Part shown: piece after piece, positions 25,567-39,845 of the stretch
Position numbering within the stretch: the stretch's first letter is position 1
How the letters are laid out: each line of letters starts with the position of its first letter
Origin: Eledone cirrhosa
Lineage: Eukaryota
Assembly: GCA_964016885.1 (NCBI GenBank)
Contig: OZ024754.1
Location: forward strand, 31,558,001 to 31,622,000
Length of the DNA stretch: 64,000 nt
Reading direction: 5' to 3'
Translations under genes and position numbers: made by a program
Notes under the pieces: model-generated
The model's input: only the letters and a program-made list of their open reading frames with translations
What the model was told of the DNA's origin: nothing
Database searches by the model: none

Positions 25567-26824
25567 GTGTACTATATATATATAATATTTATAATAAATA
25601 TTTGCTCTACGGTTCTTATATATTTGATATATATTTATCTTTATCGAGCCCTCTTTGGATTTTAGTCTTCAAATTTATTATTATTACTATATACATATCA
25701 GTGAAATTGGAAACGGCCTATAGTTACCGCCTGCTTACATCAACAGTTATTTTCTAACCCTATCGCTCGCTGCTAACGCCGTAGTCTACCTTGCTTTACA
25801 TTACATTCGAATCACATTTTCTAATCTTGCGTATTTCACACATGAATGAAAATCTGTAATTTGACGCCTCTGATTACAGATAGTTTTCGCCTGTACTAAT
25901 TAATTGAAATAAATACATGTTACGTAATACCCAGAAGAAAGATTGCAATGTTTAGGAAATTCGTATCAAGAGAAAATACAGCTCTAACATAATTTCAACG
26001 CCGTTCTTATTCCCAGTGCCGCCTCGTGGGTATTTATTCCCCAAGGATAACTCTACTGTCGGCATCTCCTTCTTCCAGTCATCCGAGCCGTTTTTTCCCA
26101 AATAAAATAATTTCAATTTATAGTTTGGTAAGCTGAGGCATCCTCTATTTAAAAAAAATTTTTTAATTTTTTTATAGATACTCCTTGCTCTGAACACACT
26201 CACCCATGTCAAATCACGTGAAAGGTCATAACACTATACGATCCTCCCCACCGCTTTCCATATTTCCACAGCGCTGCTCTGCATCAAAGATGTTTAGCGA
26301 TTTATCTATTGATCGTAGTAGATTATTGTATATCTAATTTAAACATACACATTTGTGTAAAACAAATCTTCCTTCTAGGTTCAGTTATGCACCACACTGA
26401 GGTCTGCGCTAGAGGAGGCTGCCTAGTTGGCTTTAAAGATAGCGCCGGCCCAGCTTATTTCTCTGGAACACGCAACTATGTTCGTATCAAAATGGCGTTG
26501 TAGTATACGCATGTTTCAACTCTTCGATTTTTTCTTTTCGTTTTATTTTTTTTCTCTTTTTCTTACGTGTATCTTTCCAATGAAGAACCTACATCCAAAA
26601 CGTTAAAGACATTCCTATTCCCCTGTGCATTAACCTGATATTTATTTCTAATTCAGGCAAAATGCCAACAGTTTTAGGGTTAGTGAAAGTCGATTGCACT
26701 GGTACTGGTTCTGGTACTTATTTTATCGACCCAGATAGGATGAAAGTCAAAGTTAACCTCAGCGGAATTTGAACTGAGAACATAAAGGACCGTAACTAAA
26801 TGGTGCAAGACATTTTATCTGACG

Positions 26825-28630
26825 TGCTAACACACAATCACAAAACAAGCCCCCTGCAACAGTCAACACATTCTTACTCAATACACAAGGTATCAGCCCA
26901 TCCATCAATGCACAGAAATGGAAGATCCAATTCATTGAGGATTGGGTTGGTAACCATCCATTTCACATCCCCTTCTTCATTCTTACTGAGACCCACCTTG
27001 ACAACTCCCACTTGGAGGCCGAAGTAAGAGTGAGAAATTTCACAACCATCCGTGCGGATCGTGTTGGCAGAAAGAAGGGTGGAACTGCCATTTTCCTGCA
27101 TGATTCCTTTACGGCAGATGTTAACACAACATTCTCTAATGGATGCTGTGAATCAGTCACTGTGCACAATCAAGCCAATGACCTGACATTAGTTGGGTTC
27201 TATAGGCCACCACAAACACCCATAATCTGCTTCAAAGAGTGCCTCAACAGTATTAAATGCTTTATTAAACAGTGCCATTCTAGCAACATACTTTTGATGG
27301 GAGACTTTAATCTACCCTGTGTCGATTGGTCTACATGTAGTTTGAAACCAGGCTCCACAGCCTCAACCAGTGACAAAGAGGTTGTCGAGTCACTTCTTGA
27401 CTTCATGAATGAGTTTTTCTTGTCCCAACTTGTCCTTGCACCAACGAGGCATCAGAAGAACATTCTGGATCTAGTGTTTAGTAACCACACTAACACTATA
27501 CATAATATTACTGTAGAAAAAACCCTTCTCTCAGACCATGACATGGTTCTTTGTAACCTGAGATTCCACCAGCCGAAAGCTAATCCCAGGCTCCTCTCTC
27601 CAGGCCACCCATTTGATAACATGGATCTCTACAATGCCAACTGGGATGCAATTATGAACGAACTATCACATGTCGACTGGTCTTTTACACACGCACACAC
27701 TTCCACCAACATCAAAACATCTTGGCAGATCTTTGTAGACACTGTCACAAATATATGTACAAAACACACCCCACCAAAACCTGTGAACAAAACCAAGTGC
27801 AGTATCCCCCAAAACAGAAAAGCAATTATCAGAAAAATAAAAAGAACAAACAAAAAAATTAACACACTAAAATACTGCCAACAGCAACACACACATTCAA
27901 TGGCTATCACCCTGCTTGAGTAAAAAAAATATAACCTCCAGCAATGCATGATGACCATCATCAATAACCAGAGAATAGCTGAAGAGAGGTGGGCCATTGA
28001 GAAAATCAAACTCAACCCTAAAGTGTTCTTTTCATTTGCTAAAAAACACAAGGTCACCGTTACCACTGTTGGCCCCCTAGTTGATGAAAATGGCACACTC
28101 CAAGACAATGCCAAAACCATGCGCGAGATACTGCAGAAACTATGCTGCTCTGTTTTCAGCAACCCTGATATGACCGATCTGGGCCGTATCAATGATGTTA
28201 ACCCCCAACGCACTATATCAGACATAACGTTTGGCGCCCCTAATGTCTTAGCGGCAATAAACGAAATTAAACACAATTCGGCAGTAGGCCCCGACAGGTT
28301 CCCTGCTTGTGCCTTGAAGGTGTCTCGACACCAACTTGCATCTCCTCTTGCTAATATGTGGAGGAACTCACTGGACACTGGCTATATTCCTGAAAACTGT
28401 CTGTCCCAGTCCATTGTCCCAGTCTTCAAAAAGGGGAAATAAGTCCCTTGCAGTGAACTACCGTCCGATCTCACTCACCTCTCATATTATCAAGGTATTT
28501 GAGAGGGTGGTGAGATCACGAATAACCCACTTTCTTGAAAGCAACGGCCTGCTGAACTCCAACCAACATGGGTTCCGAAATGGAAGGGGCTGCCTAACGC
28601 AGCTCCTACATCACTTTGACGATGTTTTGA
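26825..28630 (+). pseudogene. Degenerate CR1/Jockey-group LINE ORF2 (APE and start of RT), cut off by a TA microsatellite
   Basis: RADR..GGTA, FYRPP, MGDFN, ILDLVF, SDHD; [26 protein letters not shown]; stop at 27921 and frameshifts. Confidence 0.85.
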
Positions 28631-28631
28631 G

Positions 28632-28660
28632 ATATATATATATGTGTGTGTATATATGTG

Positions 28661-28699
<39 letters not shown>

Positions 28700-28700
28700 A

Positions 28701-28745
<45 letters not shown>

Positions 28746-28851
28746 ATATATGTGTATTTATATATATATATGTATGTGTATGTATATATATGTGTATGTA
28801 TATATATATATATATGTGTGTGTATATGTATGTGTATGTATATATATGTGT

Positions 28852-28882
<31 letters not shown>

Positions 28883-29008
28883 TATATATGTGTATGTATA
28901 TATATATGTGTGTATGTGTATATATGTGTATATATATGTGTATGTATATATATATATATGTGTGTGTATGTGTATATATGTGTGTGTATGTGTATATATG
29001 TGTGTTTG

Positions 29009-29047
<39 letters not shown>

Positions 29048-29124
29048 ATATATGTGTATGTATATATATATATATATATGTGTGTGTGTATGTGTGTATG
29101 TGTATATATGTGTGTATATATGTG

Positions 29125-29167
<43 letters not shown>

Positions 29168-29450
29168 ATACATGCGTATGTATATATGTATATATATGTG
29201 TGTGTATGTGTATACATGCGTATGTATATATGTATATATATATGTGTGTGTATGTGTATACATGCGTATGTATATATGTATATATATATGTGTGTGTATG
29301 TGTATACATGCGTATGTATATATGTATATATATATGTGTGTGTATGTGTATACATGCGTATGTATATATGTATATAAAAGTGTGTGTGTATGTGTATGTA
29401 TGCGTATGTATATATGTATATATGTATATATATATATGTTCATATGTATA
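28632..29450. repeat. (TA)/(TG)/(TATG) compound microsatellite
   Basis: Direct reading. Confidence 0.95.
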
Positions 29451-29687
29451 CATAGAGAGTGCCTTTCACCTCACCTCTCTTCCATTGATGTTTTTTTCTT
29501 TAAATATTTTACATCATGTTTTGAAAGCTGTCACAGTTTTTCACTGCTTTTCAAAACTTTTCATCAGTTTGTTTGTCTTCCTTTTTTTTCTTCTTCTCTT
29601 TATAATTTGGTAAACACATTGTAATATCATATCTGGTGAAGATCTCTGTTTTTCTACATAGATTCGATATGACTATTTTAGGCTTGT

Positions 29688-29950
29688 AAGCGTGGCCTAG
29701 TGGTTAGCATATTAAGATCTTGGTTGAAAGGTCGTGAGTTCGTTTCTGGTCGTGTCTTTGAGCGAGACACTTTATTTCACATTGTTCCAGTATAATCAGC
29801 TGCTGGCAAAAGTGAATAGTACATGTAATTCAAACGGCCAGCATTGTCACACATTGTGTGACGCTGACTCTTCCTGAGAACTACGTTAAGAATACGCGTA
29901 TCTGTGGAGCGTTCAGCCACTTGTACGTTAATTTCACTAGTAGGTTGTTC
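29688..29950 (+). mobile_element. SINE family B
   Basis: gcgtggcctagtggttag (A box), gagttcgtttc (B-box-like), gagcgagacactttatttcacattgttccag core; body shared with 49040-49290 and 53440-53560. Confidence 0.8.
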
Positions 29951-30047
29951 CCTTGATCTAACACACTCACACTCACACATATACACACACTCATATATCG
30001 CAGTACATGCATGTGTGAAGTACCTCATGGTATTGGGATTTCGTGAA

Positions 30048-30084
<37 letters not shown>

Positions 30085-30085
<1 letters not shown>

Positions 30086-30240
30086 AATTCCGCCCTGCCC
30101 GTCCTTTCACTCTTTCTAATTTCTCATGCTTTCTTCTGATGAAGAACTAACGCCCGAAACGTTACGATCCACTTTCTGCTATTTCAAGCCTTAAACTAAT
30201 ATATTCCTTCCATATACTGTACCGTTTGTGTTGTTATTTC
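30085..30240 (+). mobile_element. Short repeat carrying a minimal hammerhead-like motif (relative at 63170-63335)
   Basis: CTGATGA..GAAACGTTA at 30136-30164; flanks shared with the 63223-63255 copy. Confidence 0.55.
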
Positions 30241-31339
30241 TGTTTACCTTTTACATAAACACAAACACAAACAAACAAACACAATAGCAACGCGCGTGAC
30301 CTAGTGGTTAAGATGTTCGTCTCAAAAGCAAGACACTTTATCTCACGCTGCTCCACTCCACTCTGGAAAGAAACTATAGAGTTATTAATTAGAAAAGTTG
30401 AAATAAGAAGTTGCATGCAAGATCTCACAATTTTAGCATCACTCCTTCATAGTCAGCCTATGTACTTTTCAGTCGACCCTCGTACATAAGATCCCGCCAT
30501 CGCTCTCTCAAACTATGTTACTCACTACCATTATAAGAAAGATGAATTACTTTTCTTAACTGTTGTTGTTGTTGTTAAGTCTTAACTTAATAAACGTTAG
30601 AACTGATAAACGAAAAAAAAAAACGATATGTCGGTCCCTTGTTTTGTTTTTTGTTACCTTTACCTAGTTGTATTTGTTTTAACAATATGGTTGAAGGAGG
30701 CGGTAAATTAGCAGAGTCGTTAGAGCGATGCACAAAATACCTTGCGGTATTTGTTCTGGCTTTCTGAGCTATGATACCTCCAAATACTTCCAAACGGCTT
30801 TCTGAGCTATGATACCTCCAAATACCTCCAAACGTAGAGGTCAAATTTGCCTTTCATTCTTCTGGTGGTCAATACAATGAAGTACCAGTGGACAGTGGGC
30901 TGGCAGAATTGTCTAGCGTTATACCTTACTATTAAAAACGCCGTGCACTTACACACACACGCACACGTATGTGTGTATGTGCACGTTACTTCTCTTCCTT
31001 TCTCACCTCGACTTAGTGTGTAATATTTAGTGTGTAAGATAAGACTATCTTTAATTACAAAAACACTTCACGTAACACTGAATGTAATGCCAAGTATTTA
31101 TAAGCGAGAGCAGTTATAAAAGAAGACAAGTTTATAGTGTGTTATAGGGTGCAAATGGAGGCATCTCTAGTAGAATGGTTTGTAGACAGCAGATGTAGCC
31201 ACTTGACGGCTTTATCGTTACGTGGTTGGTCGATGTCAGACAACACGGTTTGTCAGAATCCTTCCATTTCTAGAGGCACCACATGACATCTTCATCATTA
31301 TGTGAAACAATGCAGCCTGTCGGAGACAATCCACTTCCA

Positions 31340-31572
<233 letters not shown>

Positions 31573-31574
31573 AT

Positions 31575-31760
31575 GTGGATTGGCAGTATCGGTAGACGGT
31601 CGGACGCCATGCTTTCCAGCATAGTTAGGTCCCTTTACGATCTGAGTTCAAATCCCGCCGAGGTTGACTTTGCCTTTCATCCCTTACGGGGTCGATAAAA
31701 TAAAGTACCAGTAATGCACTGGGATAATTGCTGGTCCTGTGCCAAAAGTAGAAACAATTA
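31575..31760 (+). mobile_element. SINE family A
   Basis: Full copy with head, core and tail. Confidence 0.9.
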
Positions 31761-31890
31761 TTTATTTTGAGAACAATACCTTAACATCGGCATGAGTGGC
31801 TACCTACAGCTGGTTTGAACAGTAAGAGATGAGATAATTCTAGCCGGATACGATCGGTTTAAATGGCCTTGTGCCTAAAGTAGAAACAAA

Positions 31891-31924
<34 letters not shown>

Positions 31925-31925
<1 letters not shown>

Positions 31926-32192
31926 GCAAAAGTTCTATTTAAATTGTTGGGATACGACAAGCAAATATTTTTATAACTGATATAAAGCACTCAACAAGTA
32001 TTTGGAGTAAACATACGATATTAACAAATGGAAACTATATTTATAAAACCATATTTATTTTATTATACATATTTCAAGGACACCACGTTAAATTATGGTG
32101 TACTTTCATCAGACAAAATACAATATAGATCAGTTTTATAAATAAATATTGACATACCCTTAAAAAATGCAACCATTACTGTTGGAAGCTCC

Positions 32193-32195
<3 letters not shown>
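31925..32195 (-). mobile_element. Penelope-like pLTR fragment with hammerhead-like motif (32066-32112)
   Basis: Minus strand: CTGATGA-AAGTACACCA..TGGTGTCCTT-GAAATATGTA, then ACTC..GAGTGC motif; flanked by (TA)n. Confidence 0.55.
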
Positions 32196-32229
<34 letters not shown>

Positions 32230-32376
32230 GATAGAACTAGTTTTAAACTAGTTAGACCACTACTCAACAGAGTACTCGATACTTGATATAGATGAGTATG
32301 GCTATATATATATGCAACTAGCTGTTGAAATGGCAAGAGCTCAGCCGTCGAGCCCCGACTTTATATATATATATAT

Positions 32377-32565
32377 AATTGTTTCTACTTTTGGCACAAG
32401 GCCAGCAATTACCCCACTGCATTACTGGTACTTTAGTTTATCGACCTCGTAAGGATAAAAGACTACGTTAACCTCGGCGGGATTTGAACTCACAATGGCA
32501 AGGGCCGTAACTCTATGAGTCAAAGCATGGTGTCCGACCCTCCACCGATACTGCCAATCCACCGC
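32377..32565 (-). mobile_element. SINE family A
   Basis: Reverse-complement full copy. Confidence 0.9.
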
Positions 32566-32577
32566 CTATATATATAT

Positions 32578-32912
32578 ATTGTTATACTTGGGGAGGGTCA
32601 TATTGTTGTAATAATATTGCTAGAAATAATAACAGAACACACTCACTGTTGGGTTGGTTTTCGCTTCTGTATCTTTTATATCTCCACAGTTAATTCATCG
32701 GGTCCTCAATGTTTATCATTGACTGACCAACGGTCAACATGGATGAATTAACTGTGGAGATATAAAAGATACAGAAGCGAAAACCAACCAAACAGTGAGT
32801 GGATTCTGTTATTATTTCTGGCAATATTATTACAACAATATGACCCTCCCCAAGTATAACAATATTTCTTTCGACACACGATTTCATATAAAAAAAACCT
32901 CGCAAAACAAAT
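32578..32912. mobile_element. Fold-back element family P2 (inverted arms 32578-32700 / 32742-32862)
   Basis: ~120-bp inverted arms; same family as 50200-50761. Confidence 0.75.
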
Positions 32913-32913
32913 A

Positions 32914-33316
32914 TTACCCACTCTACTACCCCAAGTATTGAGTACTTTGGTGCGTTATGGTCCACCTGGTTCCTTACCACATTTCCTTCGTTATCTAGCT
33001 CCTACTCCCGTAGTAGAGCACTTTCCCACCCTACCACGCCGTATCCAGACTTTTCCGCTAAGCTCAATTCATTTCACCCGCACCATGCGAAAACACAACA
33101 TTGACTTCTCTACCAAGAACATCCCAATCCCACCGAAAAAACTTTACCTTCGGATGCTCACGCAAAAAATCGATCTATTTGCGAAAAGACTTAGATGGAG
33201 AACTTTTTTTATATCTTGGGGTCTTACTGGTTCCTATTACCCACTCTACTACCCCAAGTATTGAGTACTTTGGTGCGTTATGGTCCACCTGGTTCCTTAC
33301 CACATTTCCTTCGTTA
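32914..33316 (+). mobile_element. Family P1 pLTR end, Penelope ORF N-terminus, then repeated pLTR end
   Basis: ~80-bp direct repeat 32914-32993 / 33237-33316 around MRKHNIDFSTKNIPIPPKKLYLRMLTQKIDLFAKRLRWRTFF, which resembles Penelope-like ORF N-termini. Confidence 0.7.
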
Positions 33317-33467
33317 TATATATATATATATATATATATAAAGCCTCCCCACCTGGACTGGATCTTTATTGTATTGACACTCAAAGAATGAGAAGCAAAG
33401 CTGACTTCGGCGAGAATTGAACTCAGATTTACAGAGAAGATCTCTATCACTCTATCAATTCTAGTGG

Positions 33468-33745
33468 AGGCATGTGGCCATTGTGGTGAGGGTGTTGGAC
33501 ATACGATCATAATGTTGTGGGTTCGATTCCTGCACTGGATTGTGTGTTGTGTTCTTGAGCAAAACACTTCATTTCATGTTGTTCCAGTATCCTCAGCTAA
33601 AATTGAGTACCAGCAATAGCTGGGGATTTAAACCTGCGATGGACAGGCGTCATATCCAGGGGGAAGTCTTGTACTCTGTCACTTCACGCCACGGAAACCG
33701 GGATAAGTACCGGCTCCGTGAGCCTCCAGGATCGAGACAGACTTA
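33468..33745 (+). mobile_element. SINE family B-related copy
   Basis: ggcatgtggccattgtggtgagg, gggttcgattcc (B box), ttgtgttcttgagcaaaacacttcatttca core. Confidence 0.8.
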
Positions 33746-35672
33746 GGCTATTGACTCTGCCAGTTTTCCGCTTCCTTCAAACATTTTGTTAAAACAAATA
33801 TAACTAGCTAAAAGAAGAAAAATGTGAGGAGGAGGTTACAAATCTTTTCTTGTTTTCCACTTCCAGCATTTATTAAGTCAGCATTTAGAACAACAGTTAA
33901 GAAAGGCCATTCATCTTGTAAGGTATCAAGATTCCTTTCAACAATTAACGGCAAAAGCTAAATTGACAAAATGAAAATATCTAACGTGTTTTATGGAATG
34001 TAAAAGAGTAAAGTAATGGCGGTTTTCTTCAGAAGTCGAGCATAGATTGGGCGCAAAATAATCCTTGTTTCCGCTGTAAATCTTAGCACCCCTACCCCAT
34101 ATTTTCCTTCTTTAAATGTCAAAATATCTCATTTGTTGTATCCCGAGTAGGTAGATATTTGCCATTGTTTGCTTAAGTGGAGATCGCGTGGCTGGGTTGT
34201 TTTGGGGTTTTCGGTACACTATCGCAAGATCGTGAGTTTGACTTACGGTGGCGTGTTGTTTCCTTGGGCAAGACACTTTATTTCACTTTTCTCCAGTTCA
34301 GTCAGAACCACATTAAGGGTACATGTATCTGTAGAATGCCTAGCCCCTTGCTCGTTAATAAACTATGACAAAAAGAGATCGATTAAATCAATACCAGACT
34401 TGAGAAATATAAGAATTGGGGTTGATATGATCAACTACGAAAAATAAAGAAAAAATCTTTTCAAAGTGGTACCCCAGCATGGTCGTAAACCAGTGGAAAA
34501 AAAAAAGTGCAAAAAAGAAAATGCAACGATGCCAACGTTTAAACTCTGATTTGGGATCGAATTACAACATAAGATGGCGGGGTGCATCGACCGACAGATA
34601 GTGGGGTGGGTGAGACGATGGGTGATTTGAAATGTCAACTTGAATCAGTGTTGCAACGTTGACTTCGAAGAATCTAAATCTCAGTAAAACGAAAAAAAAA
34701 AAAAAATAATAATAATAAATAAATAAATGTAAAAGATGAAAACAAAATGAAAATATCTCTGTTGAAAAACACTGAGTGAATTTTTGGATTGTTAACAGAA
34801 GTTTTCAACGAGGAGACTGGTGTGTGTGAATGTGTGTGTGTGTGCGTGTTTATGTATGTATATGTGTGTATGTTTGTGTGTGTGTGTCTCTCTGTGTTTG
34901 TGAGTGCGTATGTATGTTTGTGTATTTGTGTGTGTTTGTTGTGTTTATGTGTGCGTGTAAAAAAATAGAACTGGAAAAGAAAGTGAATTGTTTGTGTAGC
35001 TGTTGTAGTCGTTTAAGGGCTTAGTGGATTTGTTGAGAAGGAAGAACTAAAGAAGGGGTTTGGTGGTTCAGGGGGTGTAAGGATCTAGTTACTACCGAAG
35101 GAAGGAGACAAGTTCAGTGGTGTTCATGGGTGTGAGCTCTTTATGATTGTGAAAACAAGCAAGTTAGAGTTTACAACACCTTTTTACAAATCAATTATTC
35201 TCTCCTCTGAACATAGATATTTTTCTACTTTTAGCTAATTCTATTCTCTCTAAGAACAAGAACAAGAAAACAAAAATAATCATTAACCCTTCGCTACAAT
35301 ATTTCTAATGAAAGCCTCAGTTTATGGTTTTCAAATAATTTTGAAAATAATCAAGAATTTTGAGTGATTTAGTAATATAACTAACATTTATGAAGCTGGT
35401 ATTTGGAACATTCTTTACGATATCACCCGTGTACAGTTACACACACATATACACACATTTGTATCTTTTCTCTTGTGTTTCTCACATCGCCATCTATTTT
35501 GACATCAGTAAATTATATTTCATAATGCTATCAAAAAACAAAACAAAACAAAAACAACACCACTAAAATTCTTGTTCAGCAGTAAACAAAATTTCTTTGA
35601 CTTAACTCTTTCGTTACAATATTTCTAATGAAAGACAGTTTATGGTTTTCAAATAATTTTCAAAATACGACC

Positions 35673-35900
35673 TCAGGCGTACTTGGACCACGTACAACCG
35701 AGCTCCTCTGCAAGATCGGAACGTCGGCGGCCCGTCTGAGGAAGGAGCCCCGTGAGGTGGGGCGGATGTTGTAGCGGGTGTCGTTTGCCATTGTCCGCAG
35801 GGACAGCCCTTCTACTCCCATGCCCTAGGCCCAAAGCCCAATCACCCTCATCCTTCACTCCCCCTTTCTTCTGCGACACCAGAGTTCTCCCCCCCCTTCC
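35673..35900 (+). mobile_element. CRE-like RLE retrotransposon 3' fragment
   Basis: SGVLGPRTTELLCKIGTSAARLRKEPREV; homologous to 46620-46800. Confidence 0.65.
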
Positions 35901-36281
35901 TGTTCATTTTTTCTTTCTTTTTCTCTTTTTTCTCTATATTTTCCTATTTTCTTTCTTTTGTTTCCTTTTCTTTTTTTATTATTGCTGTTATTATTGTTGT
36001 TATTGTTGTCATTATTGTTGTCGATATTATTGCCTGTGCTTTTAACTATGTAACCTAAAAGAATTTGAAGGGATTTAGTAATATAACTAACGTCGTCATT
36101 AGTAATCTGGTGCTTGGAACATAACTTAACCCTTTCATTACCATATTTCTAATGTATGACAAGGGCACTGAACTGTGGAGAACTTCATCCCTCTCTTATA
36201 GCCACACATTCCGGAAACTGAAAAAAAAGACCTTCCTCTTTGGGGTACTCAAATAAACACACACACACACACACGCACACA

Positions 36282-36313
<32 letters not shown>

Positions 36314-36507
36314 CACACACACATTCATAAATATACTTGTACATCAAGTAATACGTTCGTGGACAAGTGTGTATGTATGTATCTATCCCCCTCTCTCTAT
36401 ATATATATATAGTAATAATAAATGTGAAGACTAGTTTCAGAATGTTAAGGGTCCCGTTAAGGGTGAAAGCAGCGATTCTTTGCTTAAACTTTAATATGTT
36501 CTTATAA

Positions 36508-36569
<62 letters not shown>

Positions 36570-36749
36570 TCTGCTTCGTAGAATCGAGACGTATCCGAGG
36601 ACTGCGCGATATCAGAGTCAGGTTTGATCACCATATCGATCGTACCGCGTGCTGGTCGCCCGAGAAGTAATTGTAATATGTCCAATAAATTCATTTCGTC
36701 GCAACACTGATTCTCTTTTTTTCTGTGATATATATATATATATATATAT

Positions 36750-36915
36750 ATTATTCATTTTATAAAGACTACATAGTGAGTCTTGTTACTCTGGAGTTTC
36801 ACCTGTTTATCACGGGGTCATGTGATAAACAGGCGAAACTCCAGTGTAACAAGACTCACTATTTAACCTTAATAGAATGAATATTAAAACTCTTTTTCAG
36901 TATTGAGACTGCTTT
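36750..36915 (+). mobile_element. Fold-back pLTR fragment with partial hammerhead
   Basis: Inverted repeat atagtgagtcttgttactctggagtttcacctgtttatcac / gtgataaacaggcgaaactccagtgtaacaagactcactat; GAAA-CTC-CA-GAG-TA stem III. Confidence 0.65.
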
Positions 36916-37633
36916 GCGGCATTCGTTTCGGTTCTCTTCTCTCTGAGTTCAAATTCCACCGAGGTCAACTTTGCCTTTCATCCTTTCGAGGTCGATAACA
37001 AAAGTAGCAGTCTAGTACTGGGATGGATTCTTCCTTATCTCGTTCTCATTTCCTCTCTCTCATTTTCTATCTTTCTCTGAAAGAAATCTGCTGTCCTCAG
37101 GCCTGGAGGGGGATGGTCTCCGCCAGGTTTAAAATGTCCAATTTAGTAGGATTATGAAAATTGATTGCACAACGAAAGGTTTTATGGCCTGAGAATCTTG
37201 CAAAAATGTCTGGTGATTTGCCTGGCAAACATTGATTGCACTTACGCAATATTGTCAAAGATTGAAAGCTTTGGTTGTGTAATACACACACATAAATACA
37301 TTTCGTGTGTGTATGTCTTTTTATTAGCTCACCACCACTTAAGAAGGGCTCCGAGGTCCCTGTTTATACTAGTTTCCACAGGAAACGGCAGCTGATACTA
37401 GTATTAGAAGTCAGCAGTCTGTAAATAACTTCTCTTATCACTTTGTAGTTTAGGATTCTGTGGAAAATGAAGCTTGACATTCACCAAATATAATAGCGTT
37501 CATCGTTGTCGGTAATGTAGGAAGAGGGTGGAGGGGGGCGTCTCGAAAAGCTGCACCAATTTTTTTATATCCTCTCTCGCATCAAAGAGATAAATGTCCG
37601 ATATTAAATAATTAAACTGTAATCTGTTGGTTG

Positions 37634-37674
<41 letters not shown>

Positions 37675-39014
37675 TGTGTGCTTGGGAGATGTGTTTCTGT
37701 GTGTATGTATGTAGCTGTGTGTGTGTGTGTGTGAGTGTGTGCTTGGGAGATGTGTTTCTGTGTGTATGTATGTAGCTGTGTGTGTGTGTGCTTGGGAGAT
37801 GTGTCTCTGTGTGTATGTATGTAGCTGTATGTGTGTGTGTATATATATATAGTTGAATGTGTGTGTGTGGGGGGAGGGGGTCTCTTGTGTGTATATATGT
37901 AGCTGTATGTGTGTCTGGGCGGGGGGGATGTCTCTTGTGTGTATATATGTAGCTTTTTTTTGTGTGTGTGTGTGGGGGGGGGGAGAGATGTGTCTCTTGT
38001 GTGTGTATGAGGCGATATGTATGTTTGGGGGATGTGTGTGTATGTAGCAGTATGTTTGGGGGGGGGAGTCTCGTGTGTGTGTGTGTAGCTATAAGAATGT
38101 GTCTGTGGGATGTGTGTGTCTGTGTGTTACTGTGTATTGGAGAGAAGAGAGATAGGAGAGGGAAAAGATATCAATTAAAGTTTGAACTATCAGGTAAATA
38201 GTTTTCTCTATGTCCTTGGGGTATATTATTGTACCTAGATATAGTTGAGAAGATGTTTTCTGTATATGCTACCTACTAGATGTTTCGTTTGTGTCTGAGA
38301 AAACACGTTTATGCCTCTCAGTTGACATAGTTTTGGGGGAGTAAGTTTGGAAAGAAACGAAAAAAGTATGTTTTAGAGTGGAAGCCATAGCCGTGAGACG
38401 TGACCAATCAGAGCAATGGGATTTACGTACGCTGGAAGTTTCCGACCACTTCCGCCTTCTCCAAATCCTCCATATTTGTGTGCCTTAGATTTTGTTGAAG
38501 GAATCATCGCTGCCGGATCGATTCCCTTCAGCAGCTCCTTCTTAAAATGTGCCTCTGTTGGTTTGGTAATGCACTTCGCTGCCCTATTAACTCAACTGTG
38601 ATGCAATCGCAACTCCTTTGGTTTGGAATGCTCAGCCACTTATACGTTAATTTCAGGCGCTGGCTGTTCCATTGATTAAGCATCTGGAACTGACGTTTCT
38701 CACGTTTGAAAATTAAGTTTTTTTTTTTTTTCAACAACAATATCTTGCATTGTTTTAAGTAAACAGATATCTCCCAAAAAAGATTATATCTGAAATTTTC
38801 TGGGTTTCTTTCGTAATAACAAATTCCTGTGATATTTCTCCACTGTTTATTTATTTATTCATTTCCAGTTTCAATCATTTGACTGCGGCCAAGCTAGGGC
38901 ACCGCCTTGAAGGGATTTCAGGCTATCATATCGACCTCAGTGCTTATTTTTAAGTCTATCTATTTTTTTTCTCGAACAGCTAAGCTACAAGATTCAAACA
39001 AAAGGAGAATGTAG

Positions 39015-39045
<31 letters not shown>

Positions 39046-39429
39046 CACATACACACACACACAGATAGTGCTATTAAGTTAGACATGACCTGAGCCAATA
39101 CTGACCGGCGCCTGTTAAAGTTAAGTAAGTGTCTTTCAGTAAATATATGGTAACGAATTAGCTGAAACCATAGATAGTGTCTGTCAATAAATATATGGTA
39201 ACGAATGAACTGAACTCAGAATTGAAGTGTCTTTCCATTCGAAGCTCTTTGGAAATTTTAGAAACCAATTTTTCGCCTCCTACAAAATTTTTTTACAAAT
39301 GTTCGGGTATCGGAAACCAGTTCTCACGAGAGTCTCTGGAGAGAAGCAGACGATATCCTTTGGAATGAAAGCTTCACATTCCCTGAAACTTCAGATTGTA
39401 ATGATATCATGTTGGTTTCACCGCATTCA

Positions 39430-39845
39430 CCACCATCACCGCAACCACCACTACCAGCACCACCACCACCACCACAAGCACCAGCACCACCACCACCACC
39501 ACCAGCACCATCATCACCAGCACCACCATCACCAGCACTATCATCAACACCACCTCCACCATCACCGCAATCACCACCGCCTGCACCATCACCACCATCA
39601 TCGCAACCACCATCATCGCAACCACCATCATCGCAACCACCATCACCACCATCACCACCACCGCCATTACCATCACCATCGCCACTACCATAACCACCAT
39701 TACCATCGCTACCACTATCACGCTATCACCATCACCACCGCCATTACCACCACCATCGCCACTACCATAACCACCATTACCATCGCTACCACTATCACGC
39801 TATCACCACCACCGCCATTACTACCACCACCGCCATTACCATCAC
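39430..39845. repeat. (CAC/CAT) trinucleotide tract
   Basis: Direct reading. Confidence 0.9.
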
